Shown here: positions 40,388 to 50,695 of the stretch, piece by piece
How positions within the stretch are numbered: the first letter of the stretch is position 1
How the letters are laid out: every line of letters begins with the position of its first letter
The notes under the pieces: model-generated
Databases searched by the model: none
The model's input: only the letters and a program-made list of their open reading frames with translations
Told to the model about the DNA's origin: nothing
Source: a virus
Taxonomy: Duplodnaviria; Caudoviricetes
Reading direction: 5' to 3' (one strand)
IMG/VR virus record: IMGVR_UViG_3300002179_000002
Location: 1 to 64,000 of that record
DNA: 64,000 nucleotides
Position numbers and translations under genes: made by a program

Positions 40388-40966
40388 ATGAGATTATATT
40401 ATACAGTTGCTTCGGCACCAGAAGATATACAGACCAAGACTAATCTGAGTCTTGGTGGCTATAAATCAGTCAATCCAGTGCAGAATGCTGCCATTGGGAA
40501 TATGTTCGGAGATATATCCATGTATACGGTTAAGAACTCTAATGGCAATAGGTATATAGGACTAATACTCAAGAATGAGGGTTTATATGATGCCACAGAT
40601 ATTCTTGTATGGTTCGTGTATCCTACAGGCTGCTCTTCAAAGTTGAGTATAGCCGCAGTTGACCTCATCGCAGATGCAGAGAGCAATAAGTTCATGGAGC
40701 ATATTCCAACAACAGAGAGCAAGCCATTATATGCAACATTTTCAGAAGCAGATGGGGAGAGCGATCAGGTCAATATTGGAGACTTAGATAAATTAGCTTT
40801 GCTTGGTATATGGATTGAGAGAGAACTTTTGTTAGATGATATTAAAGCTGAGCAGAATGCTATCTACACAGTTAACCCTAATGACCCCTATCGCTACAAC
40901 GAAGTAGTGCTGGGGAAAGAAGACTTGATCGAGATTCATATTAGTTGGACAGACGTCACTCCTTAA
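40388..40966 (+). CDS. Putative structural protein
   Basis: SLGGY.S...N.FGDIS, GIWIER motifs; last gene of the tail block. Confidence 0.5.
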   Translation: MRLYYTVASAPEDIQTKTNLSLGGYKSVNPVQNAAIGNMFGDISMYTVKNSNGNRYIGLILKNEGLYDATDILVWFVYPTGCSSKLSIAAVDLIADAESNKFMEHIPTTESKPLYATFSEADGESDQVNIGDLDKLALLGIWIERELLLDDIKAEQNAIYTVNPNDPYRYNEVVLGKEDLIEIHISWTDVTP

Positions 40967-40998
40967 TTATAATCATTTTAAATTAAGCCAATTATTTT

Positions 40999-41026
40999 TT
41001 CGTATTACTATTTATATTAATTTTAT
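40999..41026 (+). promoter_or_regulatory. Phage promoter motif TTCGTAT-N11-TTAATTTTAT
   Basis: Third copy; heads the small-gene block. Confidence 0.65.
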
Positions 41027-41037
41027 GCCGTGTTAAG

Positions 41038-41058
41038 GAAATATAAGATTTATATTTC
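41038..41058. promoter_or_regulatory. Palindromic operator-like site GAAATATAA-GAT-TTATATTTC
   Basis: Perfect 9-bp inverted arms; a 20-nt identical copy lies at 53721. Confidence 0.55.
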
Positions 41059-41081
41059 TGAATAAGTAACAAGAGAAGAAG

Positions 41082-41330
41082 ATGAATGAAATTAATTGGG
41101 AAGATGAATTAAAGAAAGTCAGTAGATATGATGAATATATGAAAATAATGCATAAACCAACTCCACCAATAAGGTGCGCTGTTATAGTTGATTCAACAAA
41201 AGAAAGATGTCCTGAAGTTGGTGTTCACGATATGGGAGATGGTGATTATTTATGTGACAAATGTTTCAGGGCATGGAATATCAGACATAAGAAAAGTAAA
41301 GAAGGTGAAATAAAGTATATTAAATTTTAA
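41082..41330 (+). CDS. Small Cys-rich hypothetical protein
   Basis: C..C..LCDKC. Confidence 0.55.
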   Translation: MNEINWEDELKKVSRYDEYMKIMHKPTPPIRCAVIVDSTKERCPEVGVHDMGDGDYLCDKCFRAWNIRHKKSKEGEIKYIKF

Positions 41331-41807
41331 ATGAAGGAACTTCTATTCGATATATTCAATCAAATTTATTTAAGAGTTTATGGTTCAGAATACACCTTTA
41401 TAAACAAGAAGGTTCTGAAGTGTGTAGATGAGTTTCTTAAGAAAATACCAGAGGGAGCAGGTGAAGAGTGGTTGATGGACTATATGATATTCCAGTTCTC
41501 TTGGTACTCTACAATGAAGATGAGATTCGAAAGAGTATATGCTACTTGGATATTTGGACCTGCTGCATTACAACGATGGAATGAGAGAACAGAAGAACAA
41601 TCCTATTTTGCTGGTAAGTATAAAGCTAATTTAGGCATTAAGAAAGAGTTTGAAAAGATTGAGATGAATGAATATGAAGAAACAGAGAGAGGAAGATTCG
41701 ATGATATGAGCAGACAACTTATACATTGTAATGATCTCTCACTATTCTGGGAGAAAGCTGAAACGTGTAAAGAATGTGAATTATTTGAAATATGTAAAAT
41801 AAGTTGA
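41331..41807 (+). CDS. Hypothetical protein with C-terminal Cys cluster
   Basis: HC...CKEC...C. Confidence 0.6.
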   Translation: MKELLFDIFNQIYLRVYGSEYTFINKKVLKCVDEFLKKIPEGAGEEWLMDYMIFQFSWYSTMKMRFERVYATWIFGPAALQRWNERTEEQSYFAGKYKANLGIKKEFEKIEMNEYEETERGRFDDMSRQLIHCNDLSLFWEKAETCKECELFEICKIS

Positions 41808-41808
41808 T

Positions 41809-42045
41809 ATGAGTATGAAAAAGTATTTAATGATGGCTATGGGAATGGCTATGATTACTTCGGGTGGACAGAACAACAGTGGAGTATATTCTGAAGAATT
41901 AACCGATGAAGAGAAAGAAGAGAAACGAATCAAACTTTTAAAATCTAAAGGGATGAAACAGTTTTGGATTGAAGATACTGAAATCTGGGCAAGAGATGAA
42001 AAGAATGCTATTCGTAAATTTAATAATTTAAGGCACGAAATATGA
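41809..42045 (+). CDS. Hypothetical protein
   Basis: ORF track; ATGA overlap with the next gene. Confidence 0.55.
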   Translation: MSMKKYLMMAMGMAMITSGGQNNSGVYSEELTDEEKEEKRIKLLKSKGMKQFWIEDTEIWARDEKNAIRKFNNLRHEI

Positions 42046-42257
42046 AACACATCAAAAATGTATTATTAATTTGTGGTATAATAGCCTTTGTATTCTTTAT
42101 GTGGCTATATGATAAGAGTAACAGGGCAACAGTCATTTATCAGGACTCAGTAGCAACACGATTGGATTCTATAAGGATCAATGATTCAATTATAAACAGA
42201 CAAGATTCAATCGATTTACTGGAACCAGATTCATTAAATAAACCAAAAGGAAGATGA
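42042..42257 (+). CDS. Small single-TM protein
   Basis: N-terminal hydrophobic helix; DS repeats. Confidence 0.55.
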   Translation: MKHIKNVLLICGIIAFVFFMWLYDKSNRATVIYQDSVATRLDSIRINDSIINRQDSIDLLEPDSLNKPKGR

Positions 42258-42508
42258 AAAAATTATTAATTGGACTTTCAATAATGACTTTGCTTTTTGT
42301 TGCCGTTTGGTATGGGTTTGCAGGTCTTGGTTATATAGGAATGAAGATTTTGCCAAAATTTCTTATAATGGATTTTCCATATTCAAATTACACAACAAAT
42401 TGTTTTATGAATGGAATATTACCATTCTTAGGTCTATGTATAATTATTTTATTATTAATGGTATGCTATCAAATTGGAAGTGCAATTATAAAATATAAAA
42501 CCAAATGA
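42254..42508 (+). CDS. Small two-TM membrane protein
   Basis: Two hydrophobic segments; ATGA overlaps. Confidence 0.55.
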   Translation: MKKLLIGLSIMTLLFVAVWYGFAGLGYIGMKILPKFLIMDFPYSNYTTNCFMNGILPFLGLCIIILLLMVCYQIGSAIIKYKTK

Positions 42509-42843
42509 AAACATTGAAATTATTAATTGGTATTGCAATAGTATTAATTGTTTGCTATCTGTCATTTTTAAGCATAAGAAATGACATTCGTGAGAACAAA
42601 ATTGGTGTACAAAAAGATAAAACTATTGATAGTTGCTTTTTAAAAATGGACGCTATAAATAAAGAAGCAGATATCTATAATGACTCTATTTCATATTGGT
42701 CTAACAGATTGAAAGCAAGTTCTTATGCAAATAAGGAATATAAAAAGTATTTAGTCTTTAGAGATAGAAACGACGCACATCAAAAAATTAACAACAAAGA
42801 GTTTTGGGAACTTCAATCAATTTTTACAAAAGCAAACAAATGA
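42505..42843 (+). CDS. Single-TM hypothetical protein
   Basis: N-terminal TM. Confidence 0.55.
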   Translation: MKTLKLLIGIAIVLIVCYLSFLSIRNDIRENKIGVQKDKTIDSCFLKMDAINKEADIYNDSISYWSNRLKASSYANKEYKKYLVFRDRNDAHQKINNKEFWELQSIFTKANK

Positions 42844-43499
42844 AAACACTAACATTTTTATTACTGATAATGTCCTTAGTTGGATATGGTCAAAATAAAT
42901 TACAGGTATTGGATAATAATACGCTTTATACAAAATCTGGTGAACCCTATTATAAGTGTCCCGTTTGTAAGATTGGGATAATGACAAAAATGGCACAGTA
43001 TAAAGATAACCCATACATACACGCATTCCAGTGTGGAAAATGTGGCAATATGGCAGATGAAAAAATGTTAGTGTATAAAGCAAAGAAACCTGTTATTAAA
43101 ACAAAACAACCAAACCGATTTGACAAAGAATTTAAGAAGGCAGATTCGACATTTGATATTGCAACCCCAAAACATTTATCTGATTTTACTATCAGTAGAA
43201 CAAATTATGATAATAATTATCCTTCTATTGGTTCTTATAATTCAGATGTTAATACAGCAAAAGTAACCATTGAATCAAACGGTAAATTTACAATTAACCT
43301 TGATGGATTTAAAGTTACAGATACGATTTGGATAACAGCAGGAAAGCGAAAAGTGGGAATACCGGCATTTAAGTTTTTGGAATATTTTAAAGATGAACCA
43401 ACTGTGATATGGAGTAATGGAAGTTTATTTAATCATATAACTCCTACAGATGGTCGGACATTAGAATATAAAATAGTTACTGAACTACCAATTAAATAA
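42840..43499 (+). CDS. Signal-peptide protein with zinc-ribbon-like CxxC pair
   Basis: Start re-called at 42840 (ATGA overlap): MKTLTFLLLIMSLVGYG|Q; CPVC...CGKC. Confidence 0.55.
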   Translation: MKTLTFLLLIMSLVGYGQNKLQVLDNNTLYTKSGEPYYKCPVCKIGIMTKMAQYKDNPYIHAFQCGKCGNMADEKMLVYKAKKPVIKTKQPNRFDKEFKKADSTFDIATPKHLSDFTISRTNYDNNYPSIGSYNSDVNTAKVTIESNGKFTINLDGFKVTDTIWITAGKRKVGIPAFKFLEYFKDEPTVIWSNGSLFNHITPTDGRTLEYKIVTELPIK

Positions 43500-43501
43500 T
43501 T

Positions 43502-44044
43502 ATGGCTTGTCAATGTGGTTCAGAATATATAGTGAATAAGAAGTATAATTGTTGTCAAAGCTGCAATTTTTTACGAATTCATGGAAAAACGGAGTTTGAG
43601 GTATCTATAACGAAGGCAAAGCAAAAGATGAAGGATAATATCAATAAAGAAAGATCTATTGTTACACCTAAGAAAAAACGTGTTGATCATAGTAAATCTG
43701 ATGCTACAAAGCTGAAAAGGCAGGAAGTGGTGAGAAAAGACAGAGAGACATATGAAGAAGTCTGGTTGAACAAGCCTAATGAATGTGAGAACTGCGGCAG
43801 TCCACTTCCATCTTTCTTTCTTGATGAAGAGGATAATATAAATGCTATCTGGCAGTATAGCCATATTTTGGGGAAGGGGAACTGCCCTGAGTTTAGACAT
43901 AAGGTTGAAAATTTCAATCGATTATGTTTTAAATGTCATGGATTATGGGAGTTCGCACCTATTGAAGAAAAGAAAAAGATGAAGATATATGAACCAAATC
44001 AAATAATTATTCAACAACTATATGATGAAAGGAACGGACTATGA
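43502..44044 (+). CDS. HNH-type nuclease
   Basis: CENC...SHILGKG...NFNRLCFKCH. Confidence 0.65.
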   Translation: MACQCGSEYIVNKKYNCCQSCNFLRIHGKTEFEVSITKAKQKMKDNINKERSIVTPKKKRVDHSKSDATKLKRQEVVRKDRETYEEVWLNKPNECENCGSPLPSFFLDEEDNINAIWQYSHILGKGNCPEFRHKVENFNRLCFKCHGLWEFAPIEEKKKMKIYEPNQIIIQQLYDERNGL

Positions 44045-44460
44045 GAGAACATTTATTTAGAGGTAAAATATTTGCAAGCAATTTTTGGATTTCTGGATAT
44101 TTTTATAAAATAAATGATTTACGCTATCTCAGATGGGGTGAAAGATCTCATCAGGTTATACCAGAATCAGTTTGTGAATTCACTGGTAAGTATCTCAAGA
44201 AGAAACAGAAGCTATTTGAAAATGACATAGTTTTTGATGAAATAGAAGAGGATGAAGGTGATAGAAGAATCTACTATGTTTGTAAGTATGTAGAAGCATG
44301 GGGCAAGTATGTATTCCTAACACAAGGAGATTTATATTGCTTAGAAGTTGGTGACCTTAGTAATGAACCAGAACTAGGTATAGACGACTCAGAAATGCTG
44401 CATTATGCAGGGACATATTTTGACAACCCAGAATTATTAGAAAATGGCCAACAAAATTGA
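44041..44460 (+). CDS. YopX-family protein
   Basis: MREHLFRGK...W..G...PESVCEFTG...FENDIV...FDNPELL. Confidence 0.75.
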   Translation: MREHLFRGKIFASNFWISGYFYKINDLRYLRWGERSHQVIPESVCEFTGKYLKKKQKLFENDIVFDEIEEDEGDRRIYYVCKYVEAWGKYVFLTQGDLYCLEVGDLSNEPELGIDDSEMLHYAGTYFDNPELLENGQQN

Positions 44461-44656
44461 AATGAATTCGGCGTATGAATTTTTATCATATTTTACGTTG
44501 ATAAGCACAGAAAAGAAGCGTAAATATTGGGATGATCTAATGCGTGCTGAATACTATAAGATGGATAATGATCAGGTTGATTTAATGGTGTTTTATGGGA
44601 TTTATGATAAGTTTGATAAACAAGTCAATTTATTGAGACAAATTAATCTGAATTAA
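44444..44656 (+). CDS. Hypothetical protein
   Basis: ORF track. Confidence 0.5.
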   Translation: MANKIEMNSAYEFLSYFTLISTEKKRKYWDDLMRAEYYKMDNDQVDLMVFYGIYDKFDKQVNLLRQINLN

Positions 44657-44672
44657 GAAAATAATAGAGGAT

Positions 44673-45203
44673 ATGAAGCAACATCTTAAAGAAGCTATTA
44701 AAAAATATAACAGAGAGGATAACAACAAACTCATCCACCCTATATCAGAGATAGACGGTCAAATAATAACTGAGATACTAGAGCTATTCAAGAAGATGAA
44801 CTTTATAGCAGCTATTGACATAGTAGACAAGTGGAAGATGCAATCAGACGATGATACAGCATTGGCGTTATTGGATCTTAACACCATCATAGCAAGAGAA
44901 CAAGGAGACAATCCAGAGCAAGGAGATAAGGTAGTAAAGACTCCACCTATACCTGATAGGTTTGTACTGGCATTAGGGAGAAGACTTGACATGTGGTATG
45001 TATTGACCTACGACTGCATCGATTATATAGTGGGAGAAGAAATAAAATATTGTATCAAGCTCAACCCTACACCAGAGAATGTGAAACAAGTACCTATGTA
45101 CAGCAATGAGCTGCTTATTTTTAAAAATGAAGAAGATAGAGAGGAAATACTTGAGATAATGGATAGTTGGATGGAAACACATAGGGGTAAGTTCATAGGA
45201 TAA
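44673..45203 (+). CDS. Hypothetical protein
   Basis: ORF track, 176 aa. Confidence 0.6.
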   Translation: MKQHLKEAIKKYNREDNNKLIHPISEIDGQIITEILELFKKMNFIAAIDIVDKWKMQSDDDTALALLDLNTIIAREQGDNPEQGDKVVKTPPIPDRFVLALGRRLDMWYVLTYDCIDYIVGEEIKYCIKLNPTPENVKQVPMYSNELLIFKNEEDREEILEIMDSWMETHRGKFIG

Positions 45204-45232
45204 TTTCGAAAGTAAAATAAAAAGATGAAAGA

Positions 45233-45436
45233 ATGTTTCTAAAGCAAAACATGACACTACGAGTGTTCGTAAATTTTCTAAATAAAAATAAGGTGAAGAA
45301 GACAGGTAAACCATTCACTTCATCCGACGCACAAGCCTATTGTAGGAGAGGACACATACCCTTCTATTTGGGTGGTAATACGGTGACAGAGAACAGAAAG
45401 ATTGAGGGATTAATTTTATATAATATTGAACAATGA
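45233..45436 (+). CDS. Small putative DNA-binding protein
   Basis: Basic; KTGKPFTSSDAQAYCRRGHIP resembles a winged-helix/excisionase-like pattern. Confidence 0.45.
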   Translation: MFLKQNMTLRVFVNFLNKNKVKKTGKPFTSSDAQAYCRRGHIPFYLGGNTVTENRKIEGLILYNIEQ

Positions 45437-45864
45437 TAAAGGCAAGTGAATTACGAATTGGTAACTATGTATTTGACGACAAGGGATCAATACAAACCAT
45501 TGAAGGAATAAGTAGAAAAGGGTCAATACATGAAGAGATAAGACTACTCTACTTTCATGGAGTTAAAGAACCAGACTTTGATAGAGCTTGTAACTCTATT
45601 CCATTAAATGAAGAATTAGTTCTAAAATTAGGTTTTATTGAAATCCCTGATGGATATTGGACAGGGAGAGGAGATAAATCATTTAGGGCTTTTCAATTAG
45701 ATGGTTTTAATCTAGTTTTAAATGATGAAGATAATTGTTTTTATACATGGAGCTATTGTGAAGATGAATGGTATTCTGAACTAGATATAAAAGTAGAGAG
45801 TGTGCATGATTTACAAAATACACACCATTCAAAATATAAGGAAGAAATTAAAATACAACTATAA
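45433..45864 (+). CDS. Conserved Bacteroidota-phage-type hypothetical protein
   Basis: ASELRIGNYV...IPLNEE.L.KLGF...VHDLQN. Confidence 0.6.
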   Translation: MIKASELRIGNYVFDDKGSIQTIEGISRKGSIHEEIRLLYFHGVKEPDFDRACNSIPLNEELVLKLGFIEIPDGYWTGRGDKSFRAFQLDGFNLVLNDEDNCFYTWSYCEDEWYSELDIKVESVHDLQNTHHSKYKEEIKIQL

Positions 45865-45867
45865 ATT

Positions 45868-46524
45868 ATGGATTCACCTTACAAGAATTGGATTTCTATT
45901 GACACAGAAACCGGAGGTTTGCCGAATGGTAAAGATAAAAAAGCCTTCTTGGATATAGCATTAACGGAAATTGCGATGGTCTCTATTAATCAGAATTTAG
46001 AGATAGAAGACAAAGCATCATGGTTAGTCAAACCATATAAAGAAGGTTTGATTTATGACAAAGGGGCAGAAATAGCTTCAGGGATTTCGAAGCAGATGGT
46101 AGAGGAACAAGGTTATGATTTATCAATAGTTCTTAAAGGGATGATTGATTTCTTTAAGAAGAATAAGGTGGGAGGGAAATTACCTGTAGCATTTGGCCAT
46201 AATTTTTGCAAATTTGACATGCCATTCATCATAAACATGTTTGAGTATTGTAAGGAAGATCTTGGGAAGTACATCCAACCAGAAGTAGAAGATACTCTGA
46301 AGTGGGGAAGGATGTGCTGGACTGAGAGCAATAATTTCAAGTTGGGAACCTGCTGTGAGAATGCAGGAATCACTTTAATGGACGCCCATCGTGCTGGCAG
46401 TGACACGCTAGCTACTGCAGAATTGATGATTTATTTTCAAAAAAGATTACGAGGCGAAGGGCAAGTAACTATATCAGAATCAACTACTACAACTAAAACA
46501 TTCAGAGAACAATTCCAACTATGA
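45868..46524 (+). CDS. DEDDh 3'-5' exonuclease (DnaQ/epsilon-like)
   Basis: IDTETGG, GHN..FD, HRA.SD. Confidence 0.88.
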   Translation: MDSPYKNWISIDTETGGLPNGKDKKAFLDIALTEIAMVSINQNLEIEDKASWLVKPYKEGLIYDKGAEIASGISKQMVEEQGYDLSIVLKGMIDFFKKNKVGGKLPVAFGHNFCKFDMPFIINMFEYCKEDLGKYIQPEVEDTLKWGRMCWTESNNFKLGTCCENAGITLMDAHRAGSDTLATAELMIYFQKRLRGEGQVTISESTTTTKTFREQFQL

Positions 46525-48209
46525 GCAAAGTAATAGATTTAGAGTCTAAGAATGTACCTCTCTCCAAACAACAAATTCTGAACGTTTATAAATACACTGG
46601 TGAGATCATTAACAACCTATCAGACAAGGCACTACAAGAACTGATGGATGGTTATAGTAATGATTTGGACAAGTTGTTGAATGAAATGACTATCCAAGTA
46701 AGCAGTGTAATTAACTATAATTCAGCTACTTTAGAGAGTGAAAAGCTTGATTATCTTGAGTATCTGGAGAAGGCCATAGATGAGAATTTGAAGATAATGA
46801 ACTTCTCATATTTCTGCACTACAGTGTTGACAAATTTCGTGATGCATACGCGTAACATCGAGTGGGCTAACTTAGTAGAGCTCTACCCCTGGTCAGCTTA
46901 TTTATGTCAACGAGGGAGTGGGAAGAGTTTTCAGTTCTGTTACGCACTACCACTGTTTAAACTTTACGGGTATAAGAGACCACACCCACTGATAGCAGAA
47001 ACAAAAGTTGAGCATTTAAGAAAAGAAACATGTATAATTACTAACACCTCTATTTTAGGTGGTTTACATGTGGCTAAGATTGTGGAGGAGATAAATCTAA
47101 ATGATATACTATCCTATAAGTTGAACCCAAATGGGAAAGCTAATCTAGGGAAGGAATCAATAACAACAGAAACAGGGTCAATATTACACAGACGGTCAAA
47201 AGATTCCGCGCTCCGTGGCTTACATGTGGGTACAGCAATAACGGATGACTTTCTTGATAAGTCAAGTTTATATTCAAGAGAACAGCGTGAGAAGGTATTA
47301 GAAGTTTTCAATGCCGAAATTTGTAATATTGTCGATCAAGGTGGATCAAATATTGTCAGTGGTACACCATTTCACCAACAGGACTTATATTCATCGTTAA
47401 GAGATGGTAAATTATTTAAAGTATTCTCTTACCCTGGTATCATGCCTAATATGGAGTTACTTGCACCAGATAGATTTTCTTTTGACTATTTAATGGATCT
47501 AAAGAAGTCTTTAGGTTCTATAGTATTTGCAAGAGAAATTCTTGTGTCTCCTATTTCAGACTCTTCAACACTCTTCCCCTATGAGTATTTAATGCGAAGT
47601 ACAATAGGAATGGAGAATATTAGATATGTAGAAAATATTGAGTCTTTTCCAATAAAAATGGAGAGAATAGCAGTAGGTTGTGATTTTGCAATATCAGGGG
47701 CAATAGGTGCTGACTCCTCAGTATTCTCAGTATTAGGCAGAGATAAGAATAAGAATATTTATCTTCTCTCCTACTGGCGGGCTAAAGGCGCATCACATAA
47801 TGAACAAGTGTCGCAGATTGTTTCTATTAATGATAGATTTAAACCTAATGTTATAGTAATGGAGTCAAATGGCTTCCAGAAGATTCTCGCGGACATGGTC
47901 AAACAAAGAGGTGTAAGAAATGTAAAGGAATTCACTACCACTTCAGGTGTAAAACGAGACTTGTATGTTGGTTTGCCAAGTATGTCAGCTGTTTTTGAAC
48001 GTGGAGAGATAAAGATTCCTTATAACCCAGATGAAGAGACACAGGAGAAGACACAGTTAATTTTCTCGGAATTTAATGGTGTTACGTTTAATGAGGATAG
48101 TGGTAAGTTGGAGAATTCTGTAGATCATGACGATTTGGTAATGTCCATTTTTATGGCTGCTACAGAGTTGAGAGAGAACAATAAAATGCTTGAAATGTTT
48201 ATGGTTTAA
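46521..48209 (+). CDS. terL: Terminase large subunit
   Basis: Walker A QRGSGKS, RG.H...ITDD, GTPFH, nuclease VGCDFA and HDDLVMS. Confidence 0.88.
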   Translation: MSKVIDLESKNVPLSKQQILNVYKYTGEIINNLSDKALQELMDGYSNDLDKLLNEMTIQVSSVINYNSATLESEKLDYLEYLEKAIDENLKIMNFSYFCTTVLTNFVMHTRNIEWANLVELYPWSAYLCQRGSGKSFQFCYALPLFKLYGYKRPHPLIAETKVEHLRKETCIITNTSILGGLHVAKIVEEINLNDILSYKLNPNGKANLGKESITTETGSILHRRSKDSALRGLHVGTAITDDFLDKSSLYSREQREKVLEVFNAEICNIVDQGGSNIVSGTPFHQQDLYSSLRDGKLFKVFSYPGIMPNMELLAPDRFSFDYLMDLKKSLGSIVFAREILVSPISDSSTLFPYEYLMRSTIGMENIRYVENIESFPIKMERIAVGCDFAISGAIGADSSVFSVLGRDKNKNIYLLSYWRAKGASHNEQVSQIVSINDRFKPNVIVMESNGFQKILADMVKQRGVRNVKEFTTTSGVKRDLYVGLPSMSAVFERGEIKIPYNPDEETQEKTQLIFSEFNGVTFNEDSGKLENSVDHDDLVMSIFMAATELRENNKMLEMFMV

Positions 48210-48268
48210 ATTATATTTTTGTTTCTGAATTGAAAATATTAATTTTATTGAATAATTAAATTTCGTAA

Positions 48269-49660
48269 ATGGCCACTACCGCACTCTCAACAGTCTTCCT
48301 CGAGGAAACGCTAAGGTTGGCGTTCTTGAAGAAGAGCTTCTTAGAAAAAATCACTCCGCATCTTAAATTCCAGTACTTACCTTCTCCCGAATTAAAGCAG
48401 ATCTACAAGGATATCACTAACCACTATTCTCTGACTGGGACTCTACCTACTATAGGCACGATCTATGAGAAGAATAAGGACAATGATAAGCTCCTGAATG
48501 TCTTAAATAGGATAAAGGAGAGCGAAATTGTTGATCCTCAAACGTTGCTTGTGCAACTGGAAAAGTATGTGAAAGATGTGCGTTTCGCTGAGCTGTGGGA
48601 TAAAGTGATGCAGAAGCATCAGTCAGGCGAGAAGGAGCAGGCAGTCAAGATGATGGCCGAAGGCAGTCAAGAGATAGTTGAGTTCTCCATATTGAAAGAC
48701 AATGGAAATTTCCTGAAGGTGTTCGAAGATTTCCAGAAAGTGCAACTGGAGAAACAGATAAAGAAAGAGGAGAACATTGTCAATTATGATAAAATACCTT
48801 TTGGCATATTACCATTAGACATAGTTACAGAAGGCGGAATGGATAGAAAAGACACTGTTCTTTTCATCCTACGTTCAGGAATAGGCAAGTCAACTGTATT
48901 GAAGTGGATAGGGATGTATGCCTGCAGATTAGGGTATGATGTTTTGCACATTCAACTTGAAGGAAGTTCTGAGGAATGCATGGATAAGTACACTCAAGTA
49001 TGGTCTGCAATTAGTTATAGCGCAGCTAAAACTGGAAATATAGAGTCTGAGAAATATCATAAACTTCTTTCTATTGCTCAAGATATGGTCGTCTTGAAAC
49101 ATGATATATCTATAAAATCATTTGAGTCTTTCGATGAGAGCACTATGGTCGATGTCAGAGATGCAGTGGTCGAATATATAAAAGAGAGAGGCAAAGCTCC
49201 AGATTTATTGCTGTTTGATAGTATGGACTTAGCTGATCCTGGTGATGGAGTTAAGTATAGTGCTGATACTCAATCAGTTAAGATGAAAATTAACAACTCA
49301 TCAAGGAAATTTAAAAATATATGTAATGAATTCGATATGCGAGGAATTACAGCTTTACAAGCATCTGAAGTAAAAGCTGAAGTTTGGAATGACCCAGGGA
49401 GAACAATCACTCGTAGTGACGCTGCTGGAGATAAGTCGGTAGCCAACTCGTATTCGATGGTTTTCACTGGAAATCAGACACTCGATGAGGAGAAGAGAAG
49501 AACAATGAGGATATATATCGACAAGATGCGTTATTATTCTATGAGGAATAGAACATATCCCATATGCACGAATTTTGCCATCGGACGCTTCTTTGATCTG
49601 CAGCGTACAAAACGCGTTTTTAAGGATATTTATTTCCAAAGTGAGGAAGACAAACAATAA
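48269..49660 (+). CDS. DnaB-like replicative helicase
   Basis: LRSGIGKST, IQLEG, LLFDSMD, ALQA, DKMR. Confidence 0.88.
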   Translation: MATTALSTVFLEETLRLAFLKKSFLEKITPHLKFQYLPSPELKQIYKDITNHYSLTGTLPTIGTIYEKNKDNDKLLNVLNRIKESEIVDPQTLLVQLEKYVKDVRFAELWDKVMQKHQSGEKEQAVKMMAEGSQEIVEFSILKDNGNFLKVFEDFQKVQLEKQIKKEENIVNYDKIPFGILPLDIVTEGGMDRKDTVLFILRSGIGKSTVLKWIGMYACRLGYDVLHIQLEGSSEECMDKYTQVWSAISYSAAKTGNIESEKYHKLLSIAQDMVVLKHDISIKSFESFDESTMVDVRDAVVEYIKERGKAPDLLLFDSMDLADPGDGVKYSADTQSVKMKINNSSRKFKNICNEFDMRGITALQASEVKAEVWNDPGRTITRSDAAGDKSVANSYSMVFTGNQTLDEEKRRTMRIYIDKMRYYSMRNRTYPICTNFAIGRFFDLQRTKRVFKDIYFQSEEDKQ

Positions 49661-49663
49661 AAT

Positions 49664-50695
49664 ATGGATTATCAGAAAATTTATGATCAAATAGTTATTA
49701 GAGCTAGATCTGAGAATAGAAAAAAGAAACAGGGAATTTACTACGAGAATCATCATATTTTGCCCAGAGGCTTAGGTGGTAGTGACATTGATGAAAATTT
49801 AGTTTTGCTTACTGCCAGGGAGCATTATATCTGTCATAGATTACTAGTTGAGATATATGTAGGAAATTCAACATTGGCTTATGCTTTGTGGATGATGGTT
49901 CATTCAAAGACAAAATTTCAACAACGAGATTATAAAATATCTTCGCGAGAATATGAGAGGCATCGAATTATGCATGCCGAGAATGTTTCTAAGAATCAAA
50001 GTGGAGAGAACTCGTCGTTTTATGGCGTTCATAGATATGGAGAGGATTCTTATAGATGGGGGATGACGCATACAGAAGAAACTAAATTAAAAATTAGTAT
50101 TACTAAGACAGGGGTAACAATGTCTGTGGAAGTGAGAGAAGCAATAAGTAAAGGGCATTCGGGCGAGAAAAGCATATGGTTCGACGTTCATAGATATGGA
50201 GAAGATAATCCAAATTTTGGACATTTGTGGACAGAGGAAATGAAACTTAGAGATAAAGAAATAATGCTGAATAAAGAAGATATTATTTGCCCCTACTGTG
50301 GCGTGTCTGGTCATCCCTCTATAATGAAAAGGTGGCATTTCGATAATTGCAAAATGAATCCCAATAGAGAGAAGAAATTATTATTTAAGTGTGATTGGTG
50401 CGATTATACTAGTGAAAACGAAGTTAACATACGTAGAAGGCATAATGATAAATGCAAAGAAAATCCAGATAGAATCATAACGATTTATGAGTGCGAATTC
50501 TGTGGGTTTACTTCAACTGAAAAAGGACACATTACTAATCATAAACGATTTTGTGAGTTAAATCCCGAAGGAAAAGCAAGACCCATAATAACTTGCGAAT
50601 ATTGTGGACTACAGAGTACTAATCAAGCTAATATGACACGCTTTCATGGAGACAAATGCCCCTCTCCAAACAACCCTTTAAATGAACAAGTCTAA
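49664..50695 (+). mobile_element. Free-standing HNH homing endonuclease with NUMOD3-like and four zinc-finger-like repeats
   Basis: HHILPRGLGG...NLVLLTAREHYICH; HTEETKLKIS; four CxxC...H...C units. Confidence 0.8.
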
